DNA of 64,000 nucleotides from Candidatus Latescibacterota bacterium (GCA_965208125.1 OZ242320.1:1920001-1984000); one strand, 5' to 3'. Shown: positions 41,973-51,726, counted from the stretch's first letter. Notes: generated by a model not told the origin, from the letters alone. Translations and numbers: made by a program.

Positions 41973-44018
41973 TTATCGCGGATTGACCCTTTTAAAATTA
42001 ACCTTGTATTGTTCGAGAGCCTCAAGCGCCTTGTTCTCGGGATGGGGATATATGTCGCGAGACTTCCCAAAAGACGCGACAGCGGCCACTCTCTGGCCCT
42101 GTTTTTGCAGCAAGCTACCCTTCAAGTAATACAGCCGCGCCAGAGTTCTCTTTTTTAATGCCTCGTGTTTGAGCGTCTCCGCCCTATCTAACCAGGTCGA
42201 GACCTGTTCCCAGTGCGAGCTATTCCCATGCTCTATAAGTATGGCGGCCATGCCGAGGAGACAGGTGTAACTTCCCTCTGCGAGGCGGAACAATTCCCGC
42301 ATTGAATCGAAAAAACCCGGATCGCCCGAAAAATAAATCAAACCCAAATATCGCCCGTACTGAAACAACAAACCGTTTCGCCGCACGCGCTCCCAGCGAT
42401 CAATGGGTTGCGAATGTACCAGATAGGTAAAATATTCCTCTCCTCGCGGGTGGCGTTTCAGTTCTATGGTACCCGGCTTGCCATCTTTAACCGCCTCTAT
42501 GAGAAAACCATAGATCCGTCCCTGGCGGTCGGGGAAAATGTCGTAATCCATGGGAAAAAAGAGGGATCGTTCAGTCGAATCAGTAAATTGTTCCAAAACT
42601 TCCTGCTTGTTCTCTTTGGGCATGAATGGACCGTAGAGGCGATTGCCATATACGAGTCCCTGAAGATTGTACAACGCGACATCTGGACGACGGTTCTCGA
42701 TGTATTGATAATAGCCCATCGGCCCGGTGGCATCGCCGAATACGAACAGGATCGCGTCCTCTGGCAGAATATCCAATTGCATGTCCGCATAGTGCTCGGC
42801 AAAATCGCTATCGGCTCGATCATTGGCGCGCCAGTGTTCGTGCACCGACCATGCAACCATCGCCGTGCCCACCAGCGCTGCCATACCAATTTTGAGTCTC
42901 GGCCTCTGGGCAAATTTGGAAGGCAACCGTTCTGCCAACCAGTCAATCACAACCTGCAATCCAATACTCAGCCATAGAGCCGCTATGCCGTAACAAAGCA
43001 GAGAATATGGCCGAAAGATCGCGACCCAGAAAAAGTCAAAATCGAAGCCCAGCAGGGCGATCAACACAATGCTATTGCCAAAAAATACCAGCAATCCGGA
43101 ACCCGCTTTTGCGATCTGCCGTCGCTGAAACAGAATGATCAGGCCGAACACGGCAAGTGCAAATCCCGGCAACGTCAATTGCCACAAAAATTCACTGCCA
43201 AGCCACTGCATGAACCCGAATCGGTCATTCCATCCCGCGCTGGGGCTGGCATCTATATGGGCATACCCCTGCCGGCTAAAATAGTGCCAAAATTCTTTCA
43301 ATGTATCGATAGAGCCGTAAAAATTGATCAGAGGATCTTGATGCGACCGCCAGACCATCCAAGCATAAGGCAAGACCGCACCCGGCAGAGAAATTCCCAA
43401 AAGTAGCGGCAGTTTCCGATACACAGTGCGCCAAACGGGAAAAACCAATAACATCAAACCCGGCGTTGAAAGCACCATCAGTGGCCAGTGATTGGTCAGG
43501 CTCAATCCATAAGTGACAGCCACAGCAATCCAGATACCTGTACGGTGCGGCTGGCGGATGCCGTACAAAATCAACGCATTGAGACCAAAAAAGAACAGCG
43601 TATTGAGCGTATAAACCTCGGCAATAATGGCCTGAGACCAGAAATGCTCAGAAACGGCAAACAGCCAGGCGGCAGTCCTGGCTGGGGTTGGCGATGCGCC
43701 CAACAGGCGGGCACATACATAAACGCAACCGCAGGCAAGCGCGCCCAATACCGCACTGGACAAATGACCGAGGAAAGCAACACTGCCAAAGGGCAATTGC
43801 GTGAACAGATAAACAATAAGGGTATAGAGCGGATAGCCCGGCGGATGCGCCACACCGAGGTGCGCCCCGGCCATGAGAAACAGGCCGTCGTCTTCCAGAA
43901 CAACAGTGCGCGGCATAGTAAGCACATAAAGCACGAGCGGGCCAATAACCGATGCGGCCAGTGCCATCCCATCGCGCAAGGGCTTAAATGCTTCAACCTG
44001 GGCATGCACGCGATTCAT
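41973..44018 (-). CDS. DUF2723 (TMEM260-like) GT-C protein glycosyltransferase
   Basis: EDDG...GVAHPPGYPLY, FWSQAIIAEVYTL, LTNH. Confidence 0.85.
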   Translation of the reverse strand: MNRVHAQVEAFKPLRDGMALAASVIGPLVLYVLTMPRTVVLEDDGLFLMAGAHLGVAHPPGYPLYTLIVYLFTQLPFGSVAFLGHLSSAVLGALACGCVYVCARLLGASPTPARTAAWLFAVSEHFWSQAIIAEVYTLNTLFFFGLNALILYGIRQPHRTGIWIAVAVTYGLSLTNHWPLMVLSTPGLMLLVFPVWRTVYRKLPLLLGISLPGAVLPYAWMVWRSHQDPLINFYGSIDTLKEFWHYFSRQGYAHIDASPSAGWNDRFGFMQWLGSEFLWQLTLPGFALAVFGLIILFQRRQIAKAGSGLLVFFGNSIVLIALLGFDFDFFWVAIFRPYSLLCYGIAALWLSIGLQVVIDWLAERLPSKFAQRPRLKIGMAALVGTAMVAWSVHEHWRANDRADSDFAEHYADMQLDILPEDAILFVFGDATGPMGYYQYIENRRPDVALYNLQGLVYGNRLYGPFMPKENKQEVLEQFTDSTERSLFFPMDYDIFPDRQGRIYGFLIEAVKDGKPGTIELKRHPRGEEYFTYLVHSQPIDRWERVRRNGLLFQYGRYLGLIYFSGDPGFFDSMRELFRLAEGSYTCLLGMAAILIEHGNSSHWEQVSTWLDRAETLKHEALKKRTLARLYYLKGSLLQKQGQRVAAVASFGKSRDIYPHPENKALEALEQYKVNFKRVNPR

Positions 44019-44036
44019 TGCGTACCGTCCTCTCAC

Positions 44037-44071
44037 ACTTCCTACTTCACACTTCCTACTTCACACTTCAC
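44037..44071. repeat. heptamer tandem repeat ACTTC(CT/AC) x5
   Basis: ACTTCCT ACTTCAC ACTTCCT ACTTCAC ACTTCAC. Confidence 0.9.
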
Positions 44072-44837
44072 TCACCACCGGTGGTCGCCTTCCCGCAGAT
44101 GGCGGTGTTAAGATACGCCGCTGTTGATCTGATGGATTGGTATAGTCATCCGCATTGTAAAAATTATTGGAATACGCCAGATGGCCCGGCGCGTATTTAT
44201 ACAGAAATGCGCAGCGTTCATGGCCTGCTCTCCACGGCATCGTGCCGTGCATCAGCGCCTCTGTAAAAATCAGAGCATCGCCCGCTTCAACTTCTGGTTG
44301 AACCATATAATCTGGAACCCGCTCAAAATCTCGTACTTCAGGTGGCACATTTTGTCCAAAATTGGTCTTATGGCTCCCGGGAATACAGGCAAAGCCGCCA
44401 TCTCCTGCCTTTGCATCCGCCAAAAAGAACGTCACCACACTCAATCCATTCAACATCTCACCTTCCAGATACAGGTACTTGCGCTGACTGCCCGTATGCC
44501 CGCCGGGCGCACCGTGCAAGCGGCCACAAGCAGCCCCCGGCCTCATAAAGATGCAATAGTCGTGATCGAGGCGAAAAGCGGGACCGAGCAATTCAATTAA
44601 ATACGGCAAAATGCGCGGGTGATCAATCAGAGCCTGTGTCTCGGGTGACCACGCAGACACGCGCCCCACTTGCCGGCGACCAACTCGCCCCTTTGAATCC
44701 TCGTCCGGATCGTCGTAATCCCGCACAAATGTCGCATCCGCAACCTCATTGAGCCGTTTGACTTCCTCGGGCGTCAACACATTTTTAATGACCAGATAGC
44801 CCTCCAGGTCAAACATAAATCGTTCTTCTGGTGTCAT
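44061..44837 (-). CDS. PhyH family dioxygenase
   Basis: FDLEGYLV, RLDH, LHG, GFACIPGSHK, EALMHGT. Confidence 0.88.
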   Translation of the reverse strand: MTPEERFMFDLEGYLVIKNVLTPEEVKRLNEVADATFVRDYDDPDEDSKGRVGRRQVGRVSAWSPETQALIDHPRILPYLIELLGPAFRLDHDYCIFMRPGAACGRLHGAPGGHTGSQRKYLYLEGEMLNGLSVVTFFLADAKAGDGGFACIPGSHKTNFGQNVPPEVRDFERVPDYMVQPEVEAGDALIFTEALMHGTMPWRAGHERCAFLYKYAPGHLAYSNNFYNADDYTNPSDQQRRILTPPSAGRRPPVVSEV

Positions 44838-44855
44838 AGCTCCCTCCTAAAAACA

Positions 44856-44917
44856 AGCTTTCAGCTTTTAGCTCCCTGCTTGTTTTGCTAACTGCTGATC
44901 GCTGACTGCTGACCGCT
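44856..44917. repeat. heptamer tandem repeats AGCTYYY x3 and GCTRAYY x4
   Basis: AGCTTTC AGCTTTT AGCTCCC...GCTAACT GCTGATC GCTGACT GCTGACC. Confidence 0.8.
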
Positions 44918-46063
44918 TTAAATATAATTCGTCGAACCATCGGGCGCTTTGGTACTGCCCCGTTCCCAGTGGACGTATTCGCCCGCTTTGATAACTTCTT
45001 CGTTCACCTCCACACCCAAACCGGGGCGATCTGGCCTCAATTCCAAATAGCCATCCACGGGCCAATAGGGTTCATCCAACCAATTCAGGGCATTGCTTTC
45101 ATCGGGCAGGTGATATTCCAGAATTTTGAAATTGGGCGTAGCAGCGGCAAAGTGGACATTGACCGCTGTAGCCAATGGACCCATCGGGTTATGCGGTGCC
45201 ACCGTCACATAATGCGCCTGTGCAATGGCAGCGATCTTTCGCATCTCCAATAACCCACCACATATACAAACATCTGGCTGAATAATATCTGCGCCATCTT
45301 TCGATAACAAATCCAAAAACTCAAACTTCGTGTACAGAGATTCGCCCGTTGCCAGCGGAACCTGCATTTGTGAACGCAAGCGCGCCCACGCATCGCTATT
45401 CTCGGGCCTTAATGGTTCTTCATAAAAAAGCGGATCATAAGGCGCAAGCGCGTTGGCAAGTTGCAATGCGCGAATAGGCTCAAAAATTTTGGCGTGCGGA
45501 TCAAATGCAAATTCCCAATCGTCATCCGAATGCTCTCGCAATGCCGCAAAATACTCGGCTGCCGCCGCACATATCCGACCCCAGCGACTCGCACTGGGAT
45601 CCAGGCGAAACGGACTGGTCTTAAATGCCGTAATACCGTGTTCTTCATTTAGCTTGCGCGCAACACCTGCAGCTTCCTTGCCGTCTTTTCCGCCGACACT
45701 CCGATAAACCTGAATGCGATCGCGCACAGCACCGCCCAACAGCATATAAACCGGCAAACCCGCGGCTTTGCCACTGATATCCCACAGCGCGTGGTCCAGC
45801 CCCGACATAGCGGAAAGACCAATTGCCCCTGGTGGAAATCGGAACTGCTGAAACAGCTTGAGCATAATATACTCAATCCGTCGCGGATCTTCGCCTTTAA
45901 CCAGCTCAAAAATATAATCCATCGTTGGACCAATTGCCAGATCGGGACCAGGGCTATAACACTCTCCCCATCCGTAAATCCCTTCGTCGGTTTCGACCTT
46001 TACCAGCGCACGAGACCGCTGCCCCATGCTCGCCATAAACGTCTTGATCGCTGTGATTTTCAT
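44918..46063 (-). CDS. mandelate racemase/galactonate dehydratase-like enolase-superfamily enzyme
   Basis: MKITAIK, VETDEGIYGWGE, ALWDISGK, DPH/EEP/GE ligands, APHNPMGP. Confidence 0.9.
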   Translation of the reverse strand: MKITAIKTFMASMGQRSRALVKVETDEGIYGWGECYSPGPDLAIGPTMDYIFELVKGEDPRRIEYIMLKLFQQFRFPPGAIGLSAMSGLDHALWDISGKAAGLPVYMLLGGAVRDRIQVYRSVGGKDGKEAAGVARKLNEEHGITAFKTSPFRLDPSASRWGRICAAAAEYFAALREHSDDDWEFAFDPHAKIFEPIRALQLANALAPYDPLFYEEPLRPENSDAWARLRSQMQVPLATGESLYTKFEFLDLLSKDGADIIQPDVCICGGLLEMRKIAAIAQAHYVTVAPHNPMGPLATAVNVHFAAATPNFKILEYHLPDESNALNWLDEPYWPVDGYLELRPDRPGLGVEVNEEVIKAGEYVHWERGSTKAPDGSTNYI

Positions 46064-46936
46064 TTATCCCCCCACTTTGCACGCCACGCGATAAACATCC
46101 GTGCGCGCTGTAAAAAACAACGTCTTTCGATCTTCGCCGCCCCAATTCAAATTGGCAGCCGGAAGAGGCAGTCTAATTTTTCCAAGAAGATCACCCGCAG
46201 GATTAAACACCCATACAGCCCCAGGTCCCGTGCAATAAATATTCCCATTGCGATCCAGCTTCATGCCATCGGGTGCCCCATCTTCATCGCCTTTCAGTTC
46301 GGCCAATACCCTGCCATTTGCGAGAGAGCCATCTTCCTGCACATCAAATGCGCGAATATGTCCCCGATGCGTGTCATCGACGTACAGAGTTTTTTCATCG
46401 GCTGTTATCGCCAACCCATTGGGGCGTTCAAAATCGTCAATCAAAAGGATGGGTTCTGATTCGCCTATAGGCAGGCGATACACCCCCAGGAATGGCAATT
46501 CCTGTTCTCCCGGCACACCATGCCTACCCGACAGACCATAAGGTGGATCCGTAAAAATAATATCCCCATTTTGACATACAACCAGGTCGTTGGGCGAATT
46601 GAGCTTTTTGCCCTGATACGAATCTACCAACGTGTTCAATTCGCCATTCGCCTCAATGCTCACCCGTCGTCCAGAGTGTTCGCACGAAAGAAGCCGACCC
46701 TGTCCATCCAGGGTCAATCCATTTGAATGATAACTCGGTTGGCGATAGGCGACCACACCCCCTTCTGGCGTCCACTTAAAAATGGTATTTGCCGGAATAT
46801 CCGAAAAAAACAAACACACCTGTGCGGGATCCCAGACCGGACCTTCGGTGAACTGAAATCCATCTGCAACCAATTCGGGGTCTGCCGCGGGATCGACCAG
46901 ATCGGCCATCTCGTCCCGAATAACTTCAATACCCAT
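46064..46936 (-). CDS. SMP-30/gluconolactonase family
   Basis: FTEGPVW, FSDIP, NSPND, PNGL, PDGMKLD. Confidence 0.92.
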   Translation of the reverse strand: MGIEVIRDEMADLVDPAADPELVADGFQFTEGPVWDPAQVCLFFSDIPANTIFKWTPEGGVVAYRQPSYHSNGLTLDGQGRLLSCEHSGRRVSIEANGELNTLVDSYQGKKLNSPNDLVVCQNGDIIFTDPPYGLSGRHGVPGEQELPFLGVYRLPIGESEPILLIDDFERPNGLAITADEKTLYVDDTHRGHIRAFDVQEDGSLANGRVLAELKGDEDGAPDGMKLDRNGNIYCTGPGAVWVFNPAGDLLGKIRLPLPAANLNWGGEDRKTLFFTARTDVYRVACKVGG

Positions 46937-46978
46937 TGTATGAACCTTTCATAAAAAGTTGTAAAAAACAAAAAATGG

Positions 46979-47176
46979 TTATGCGGTCACTTCCTGAAAT
47001 GAAAATTCCCGGAGTCCTGCATTTGCTTTGGCGTGCTCAATTGTCATACTTACCAGATTCCCCTCTTCATCGAGATCGACATAGATGTTTTCATTAATTT
47101 CTCTGGTCTCAAAAAATTTTTTATCTACAAATTCAACCTGTGCCGTATCCGTATCAGAAAAGTATCGTATTTTCAT
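46979..47176 (-). CDS. DUF2283 family antitoxin-like protein
   Basis: MKIRYFSDTDT...VDLDEEGNLVSMTIEHA. Confidence 0.85.
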   Translation of the reverse strand: MKIRYFSDTDTAQVEFVDKKFFETREINENIYVDLDEEGNLVSMTIEHAKANAGLREFSFQEVTA

Positions 47177-47223
47177 ATCTCAAAATCTCTATAAAAAAAA
47201 GCATTGTGAACCGTTTCACCGTC
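47173..47223 (-). pseudogene. 3' remnant of the putative cognate toxin gene
   Basis: DGETVHNAFFYRDFEI* ends in an ATGA overlap with DUF2283; no 5' part present. Confidence 0.6.
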
Positions 47224-47287
47224 TTATATTAACAACAAATCAATTTAAAAGCATTCATACACATCGGCAACCGTTAAAGGAGGGGTT

Positions 47288-48520
47288 ATGGAGCGGATAA
47301 TCAGCCTGCTGGGTCTGGTGGTCATGATAGGTTTGGCCTGGGCTATGAGTGAGCACAAAAAGCAGGTGAACCTTCGCGTGGTATGGGGCGGGCTGTTTTT
47401 GCAACTTGTCCTCGCGTTATTCATTCTAAAGACGTCAATCGGCGCGGCCATATTTCAAAGCATCGGAGATTTTTTTACCGCCACATTGGGCTTTGTCGAT
47501 GCGGGCACAAGCCTGGTATTTGGAGAAGAATACGTCCACCACTTCTTCGCTTTCAAAGTATTGCCCACCATCATCTTCTTTTCCTCATTGATGTCCATTC
47601 TCTATTATCTCGGCATCATTCAAAAAGTCGTTGAAGCATTTGCATGGGTCATGCAACGCACATTGGGCACGTCGGGATCGGAAACACTCTCTGCAGCGGC
47701 CAATATCTTTGTCGGGCAAACTGAAGCCCCGCTGATGGTGCGTCCATACATAAGCAGCATGACAAAATCGGAACTCATGGCATTGATGGTCGGAGGCTTT
47801 GCGACCATTGCCGGGGGCGTCTTGGTCGCCTATGCGGGCATGGGCATTGACGCGGGACATCTCGTAGCCGCGTCGGTCATCTCCGCACCTGCAGCACTAT
47901 TGATTTCCAAACTGATGATTCCCGAAACCGAGCAATCCGTGACCCTGGGACACGTTGAATTAAGTGTGGATGAAAAACACGCCAATATCGTGGATGCAGC
48001 CACCAACGGGGCATTAGACGGCATGAAACTAACCCTCAACGTCGTCGCAATGCTCATCGCTTTCCTCGCCCTCGTCGCACTGGTCGATGCCATTCTCGGT
48101 CTGATTGGTGGGTGGATTGGCGCGCTCCTTGGATACAACTGGCACTGGTCCCTCGCCGCACTTTTCGGTTATGTCTTTGCACCATTTGCCTATCTGCTGG
48201 GCATCCCCTGGGCCGATTGCTTCTATGCTGGTGAATTACTGGGCAAGAAGATGGTACTCAACGAATTTATCGCCTATGCACAAATGATGGAATGGTCCCA
48301 GCCCGATTCCGGCGTGGTCTTGAGCGAACGGAGCACCTTGATCCTGACTTATGCATTGTGCGGCTTTGCCAACTTTGGCAGCGTGGGCATTCAAATCGGC
48401 GGCATCGGCGGCATTGCCCCAGAACGCCGCACAGAATTAGCCATCCTCGGCATACGCGCCATGATAGGCGGCACACTTGCAATGATGATGACCGCCTGTA
48501 TTGCTGGTATTTTGATATAA
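47288..48520 (+). CDS. nupC: CNT/NupC family nucleoside transporter
   Basis: FAFKVLPTIIFFS, NIFVGQTEAP, GFATIAGG, NEFIAY, ALCGFANFGS. Confidence 0.92.
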   Translation: MERIISLLGLVVMIGLAWAMSEHKKQVNLRVVWGGLFLQLVLALFILKTSIGAAIFQSIGDFFTATLGFVDAGTSLVFGEEYVHHFFAFKVLPTIIFFSSLMSILYYLGIIQKVVEAFAWVMQRTLGTSGSETLSAAANIFVGQTEAPLMVRPYISSMTKSELMALMVGGFATIAGGVLVAYAGMGIDAGHLVAASVISAPAALLISKLMIPETEQSVTLGHVELSVDEKHANIVDAATNGALDGMKLTLNVVAMLIAFLALVALVDAILGLIGGWIGALLGYNWHWSLAALFGYVFAPFAYLLGIPWADCFYAGELLGKKMVLNEFIAYAQMMEWSQPDSGVVLSERSTLILTYALCGFANFGSVGIQIGGIGGIAPERRTELAILGIRAMIGGTLAMMMTACIAGILI

Positions 48521-48534
48521 AAAAACGCGGTTGG

Positions 48535-48563
48535 TTGACTTTTATGGTTGGGTATAGTAACTT
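48535..48563 (+). promoter_or_regulatory. sigma70-type promoter, copy 1
   Basis: TTGACT-N17-TAACTT; near-identical copy at 51698. Confidence 0.65.
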
Positions 48564-48651
48564 CGAACATAACCGGCAGTTCCGACGAAGCGACGACTTA
48601 GAAACTGATGGTCGTCCAAGGGGCGATCATAGAGAGGTTAATAGGTAAAAA

Positions 48652-50100
48652 ATGAAAAATATTGTTTTACTTATCACCGATACCTTTCGGTATGACAATC
48701 TCGGCGAGCGGGCGAGACGTCCGATTCGCACGCCAATGCTCGATAAATTTGAGACAGAACGAGCGACTGCTATTGACAAATTCTATATGAGTAGTTTCCC
48801 GACGGTACCGCACCGCACAGATATTATGACGGGAACAGTCGGGTGGCCCCACTACCCGTGGCAGCCAATCGATCTGAGCGGACGGAACATCACCGCGCAA
48901 CTTCTGAGTGAGCAGGGATACGCAACGCAGCTCATCTGTGACACCCCGCACCTGTTTAACACACGGTTCCAGCACTGTTTCGATGCCGCTTTCCAGCATC
49001 GTGGACAGGAAGGAGACAAACCGCTTCTCCACCTCAACGATGAAATAAAAATCGTTATGCCGAATGAAAAGACGCGACCGCATCCATCATACCGCGGACA
49101 CACCCTACCGAACACGCACCGCTGGACGAACCGCTACTACCAGTACGAGGCGGAAACGTTCTCCAGTAGGACTTCCGAGACTACAATTCGATGGTTGGAG
49201 GAAAACCACCGCTCGGGTCCCTTTTTCCTCTGGGTTGACTTCTTCGATCCACACGAACCGTGGGACCCACCTGAATACCTTGTCAAACGATACGATCCAG
49301 ATTATACCGGTCCACCGATGATACATCCGAACTACGGTCTGTCGTCCCTCTTTACGGATGCGGAATTGCACAACCTCTGGGCACACTACGCAGCAGAGGC
49401 AGAACTCATTGACCGACACATCGGACGGGTTCTGCAGAAAGTGGAAGATCTGGATTTATGGGATGATACCCTCGTCGTTGTGCTTTCCGACCACGGCATG
49501 TCCATCGGTGAACACAGTAGAACGGGTAAATCCAACATCGATCCAGACGATTCACGCTACTGGCCCACGTATCCAGAGATTAACCATGAGATGTTCCTGA
49601 TTGCTGGTGGAGATGTTCCGTGCGGGCAACGCCTCGATCTTATCGCGCAACCGATGGATATTATGCCGACACTCTGTGAATTGGCTGGTGTTACCTTGGA
49701 TCCACCCAAACCATTTGAGGGACATTCCTTCACACAGGCTCTCCTTAACGGTGATACACAACACAGGGAATACGCCGTAACAGGTTGCCATATCGGCGCA
49801 CCGGACGGGAGTGTACCACGTCGAGCAACAACGCCGTTCCTCGTCACCGAACGCTGGGGATACGCACCTGTCGGTGAATACGGAAGACCGGAACTGTTCG
49901 ACCTACCCGCAGACCCCATAGCGGAGAACAACATCGCTGCGGATAACATGGAACTCGTCAAGGAATTGCATGAACTCTTTATGGCGCATCTCACGGAGCA
50001 TAATGCGCCTGAGAAGTTCCTTGATCTCTGGAAGGAAGAACCCTCCGGCGACGGACGCGGCAAATGGTCAATCGACTATCCTGACGAGTCAGATGAATAG
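48652..50100 (+). CDS. sulfatase-like hydrolase with Thr at the nucleophile position
   Basis: ITDTFRYD, SFPTVPHRTDIMTG, FDPHEPWD, SDHG. Confidence 0.85.
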   Translation: MKNIVLLITDTFRYDNLGERARRPIRTPMLDKFETERATAIDKFYMSSFPTVPHRTDIMTGTVGWPHYPWQPIDLSGRNITAQLLSEQGYATQLICDTPHLFNTRFQHCFDAAFQHRGQEGDKPLLHLNDEIKIVMPNEKTRPHPSYRGHTLPNTHRWTNRYYQYEAETFSSRTSETTIRWLEENHRSGPFFLWVDFFDPHEPWDPPEYLVKRYDPDYTGPPMIHPNYGLSSLFTDAELHNLWAHYAAEAELIDRHIGRVLQKVEDLDLWDDTLVVVLSDHGMSIGEHSRTGKSNIDPDDSRYWPTYPEINHEMFLIAGGDVPCGQRLDLIAQPMDIMPTLCELAGVTLDPPKPFEGHSFTQALLNGDTQHREYAVTGCHIGAPDGSVPRRATTPFLVTERWGYAPVGEYGRPELFDLPADPIAENNIAADNMELVKELHELFMAHLTEHNAPEKFLDLWKEEPSGDGRGKWSIDYPDESDE

Positions 50101-50108
50101 AACTTGGT

Positions 50109-50142
50109 AAAAGGGCGGGACACCGAAGTGTTCCGCCCTTTT
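50109..50142. terminator. bidirectional intrinsic terminator
   Basis: AAAAGGGCGGGACAC-CGAA-GTGTTCCGCCCTTTT between convergent genes. Confidence 0.85.
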
Positions 50143-50176
50143 GTATTCATTCTTTCCTAAATGAAGTACCGAAAAC

Positions 50177-51466
50177 CTAAGTATTATCAGGTACATCAAG
50201 CACGGCATCAAGCTGATCCATCACTTTGTGAAACGCTTCGACGTAACAGGACATCAACTCGAAATCGTTGGGTGGGTTGACATCGAAGATATAACAGTGA
50301 GAATCAATGAATTCAACAGTTCGAGGATAATCCTTTGTCTTATATTCAACCGTCGACTGATTACATCGCCACGGACAGCCTATCCCGTAACCGATCCGAT
50401 TCTGGAAAATCTTTTGAGACGGCACGGGGAGCCGTTGCCACTGTCCGGTCGGCACCCCCTCAGCGCGTAGTGCCGCTTGCACCTTCTCACGCAAGGTTCG
50501 TGCGGGAATATCCAACCCCAATGCCTCTGGATCGAAACCGATAACATAGTTGTAATACACCGGTTCACACGCTTCTGGCGTAACAGGCGTTTCAATGCCG
50601 TCAATTTCATCCAGATGTTCGGTAAGATAGTGGCAATTCCTGATCCGCAGCGCGTTGTTCACATCAAGCCGTTTGAGCTGGCTACGGATGAACGCTTGAC
50701 TGAACATATCCCCACGATACATCCACCCAAGCCCGTAAGCATTGTACTCCTGTTCCTCGCGTTCCCTACCCGGCACGACGATTTCCCCGAAATACTGCAA
50801 TAACGCTGCGCGTTTGTAGATTTGCTCATCATCCGTTGTGAACAAACCGCCTTGACACCCACTACTCAGCGTCTTTGAGGCTTGCGTGCTGTAACCCGCC
50901 GCATCGCCAAATGACCCACAAAGCTTGCCGTTATAATATGCTCCGTGTGCCTGAGCGACATCTTCAATAACTTTCAGGTCATGCTTCTTCGCAATCGCTA
51001 AAATCGGATCCATATCGGCGGGCATACCGTGGATATGAACCGGCATAATCGCACATGTTCGCTCCGTGATTTTCGCTTCGATGTCGTTTGGGTCAATACA
51101 GTAGGTTATTGGGTCAATGTCAACAAAGACGGGAATAGCGTTGTGATGGAGAACAGCTGCTGCCGTTGCCCAGAAAGTGAAGGCAGGGATAATGACCTCG
51201 TCACCCGGCTCAATGCCAACACCTGCGACACACATATGCAACGCAGCGGTTCCGCTGTTGACTGGGATGCAATACTGGACACCCATATATTCCGCCCATT
51301 CCTTCGCGAGACCTTCGGATTGGATCCGTTGCTGTTCCGTAATTTTTTCGGAGGCGATAACCTCGGCAATCGCGTCTTTGTCGGATGGGGTAACCTGTGG
51401 CCACGGCTGAATTAATCCATCAGGGACAGTCCCTTTACCACCATATATAGCGAGTTTTGCTGCCAT
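50177..51466 (-). CDS. DegT/DnrJ/EryC1/StrS PLP aminotransferase
   Basis: NSGTAALH, EDVAQAHGA, STQASKTL. Confidence 0.92.
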   Translation of the reverse strand: MAAKLAIYGGKGTVPDGLIQPWPQVTPSDKDAIAEVIASEKITEQQRIQSEGLAKEWAEYMGVQYCIPVNSGTAALHMCVAGVGIEPGDEVIIPAFTFWATAAAVLHHNAIPVFVDIDPITYCIDPNDIEAKITERTCAIMPVHIHGMPADMDPILAIAKKHDLKVIEDVAQAHGAYYNGKLCGSFGDAAGYSTQASKTLSSGCQGGLFTTDDEQIYKRAALLQYFGEIVVPGREREEQEYNAYGLGWMYRGDMFSQAFIRSQLKRLDVNNALRIRNCHYLTEHLDEIDGIETPVTPEACEPVYYNYVIGFDPEALGLDIPARTLREKVQAALRAEGVPTGQWQRLPVPSQKIFQNRIGYGIGCPWRCNQSTVEYKTKDYPRTVEFIDSHCYIFDVNPPNDFELMSCYVEAFHKVMDQLDAVLDVPDNT

Positions 51467-51577
51467 GAGCGACCTCCTTATGCGCCTTTAGACCGCATAG
51501 AAATGGGAACGAGAACAAAAGACACCGAATTAATTTACGGGCATTTACAGACATCAACAACCGTTAAAGAAGGGTCT

Positions 51578-51643
51578 ATGGAGCGCGTAATCAGCTTGCT
51601 TGCAATGATGATGACCGCTTGTGTTGCGGGTATTTTGATCTGA
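51578..51643 (+). pseudogene. collapsed nupC copy (first and last codons fused in frame)
   Basis: MERVISLLAMMMTACVAGILI* versus NupC MERIISLL...TLAMMMTACIAGILI; upstream CAACCGTTAAAG also shared. Confidence 0.85.
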
Positions 51644-51697
51644 CATCTAAAACCACCATCCCGCAGACAATATGCACACCTCTCAATGAGCGGTTGG

Positions 51698-51726
51698 TTG
51701 ACTTTTGTTGTTGGGTATAGTAATTT
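51698..51726 (+). promoter_or_regulatory. sigma70-type promoter, copy 2
   Basis: TTGACT-N17-TAATTT within GCGGTTGGTTGACTTTT..GTTGGGTATAGTAA. Confidence 0.65.

Noticed and set aside
40653-42158. 501-aa plus-strand ORF
   Set aside because: Antisense shadow of the sulfatase with no recognisable motifs; the same applies to most short overlapping ORFs in the track.
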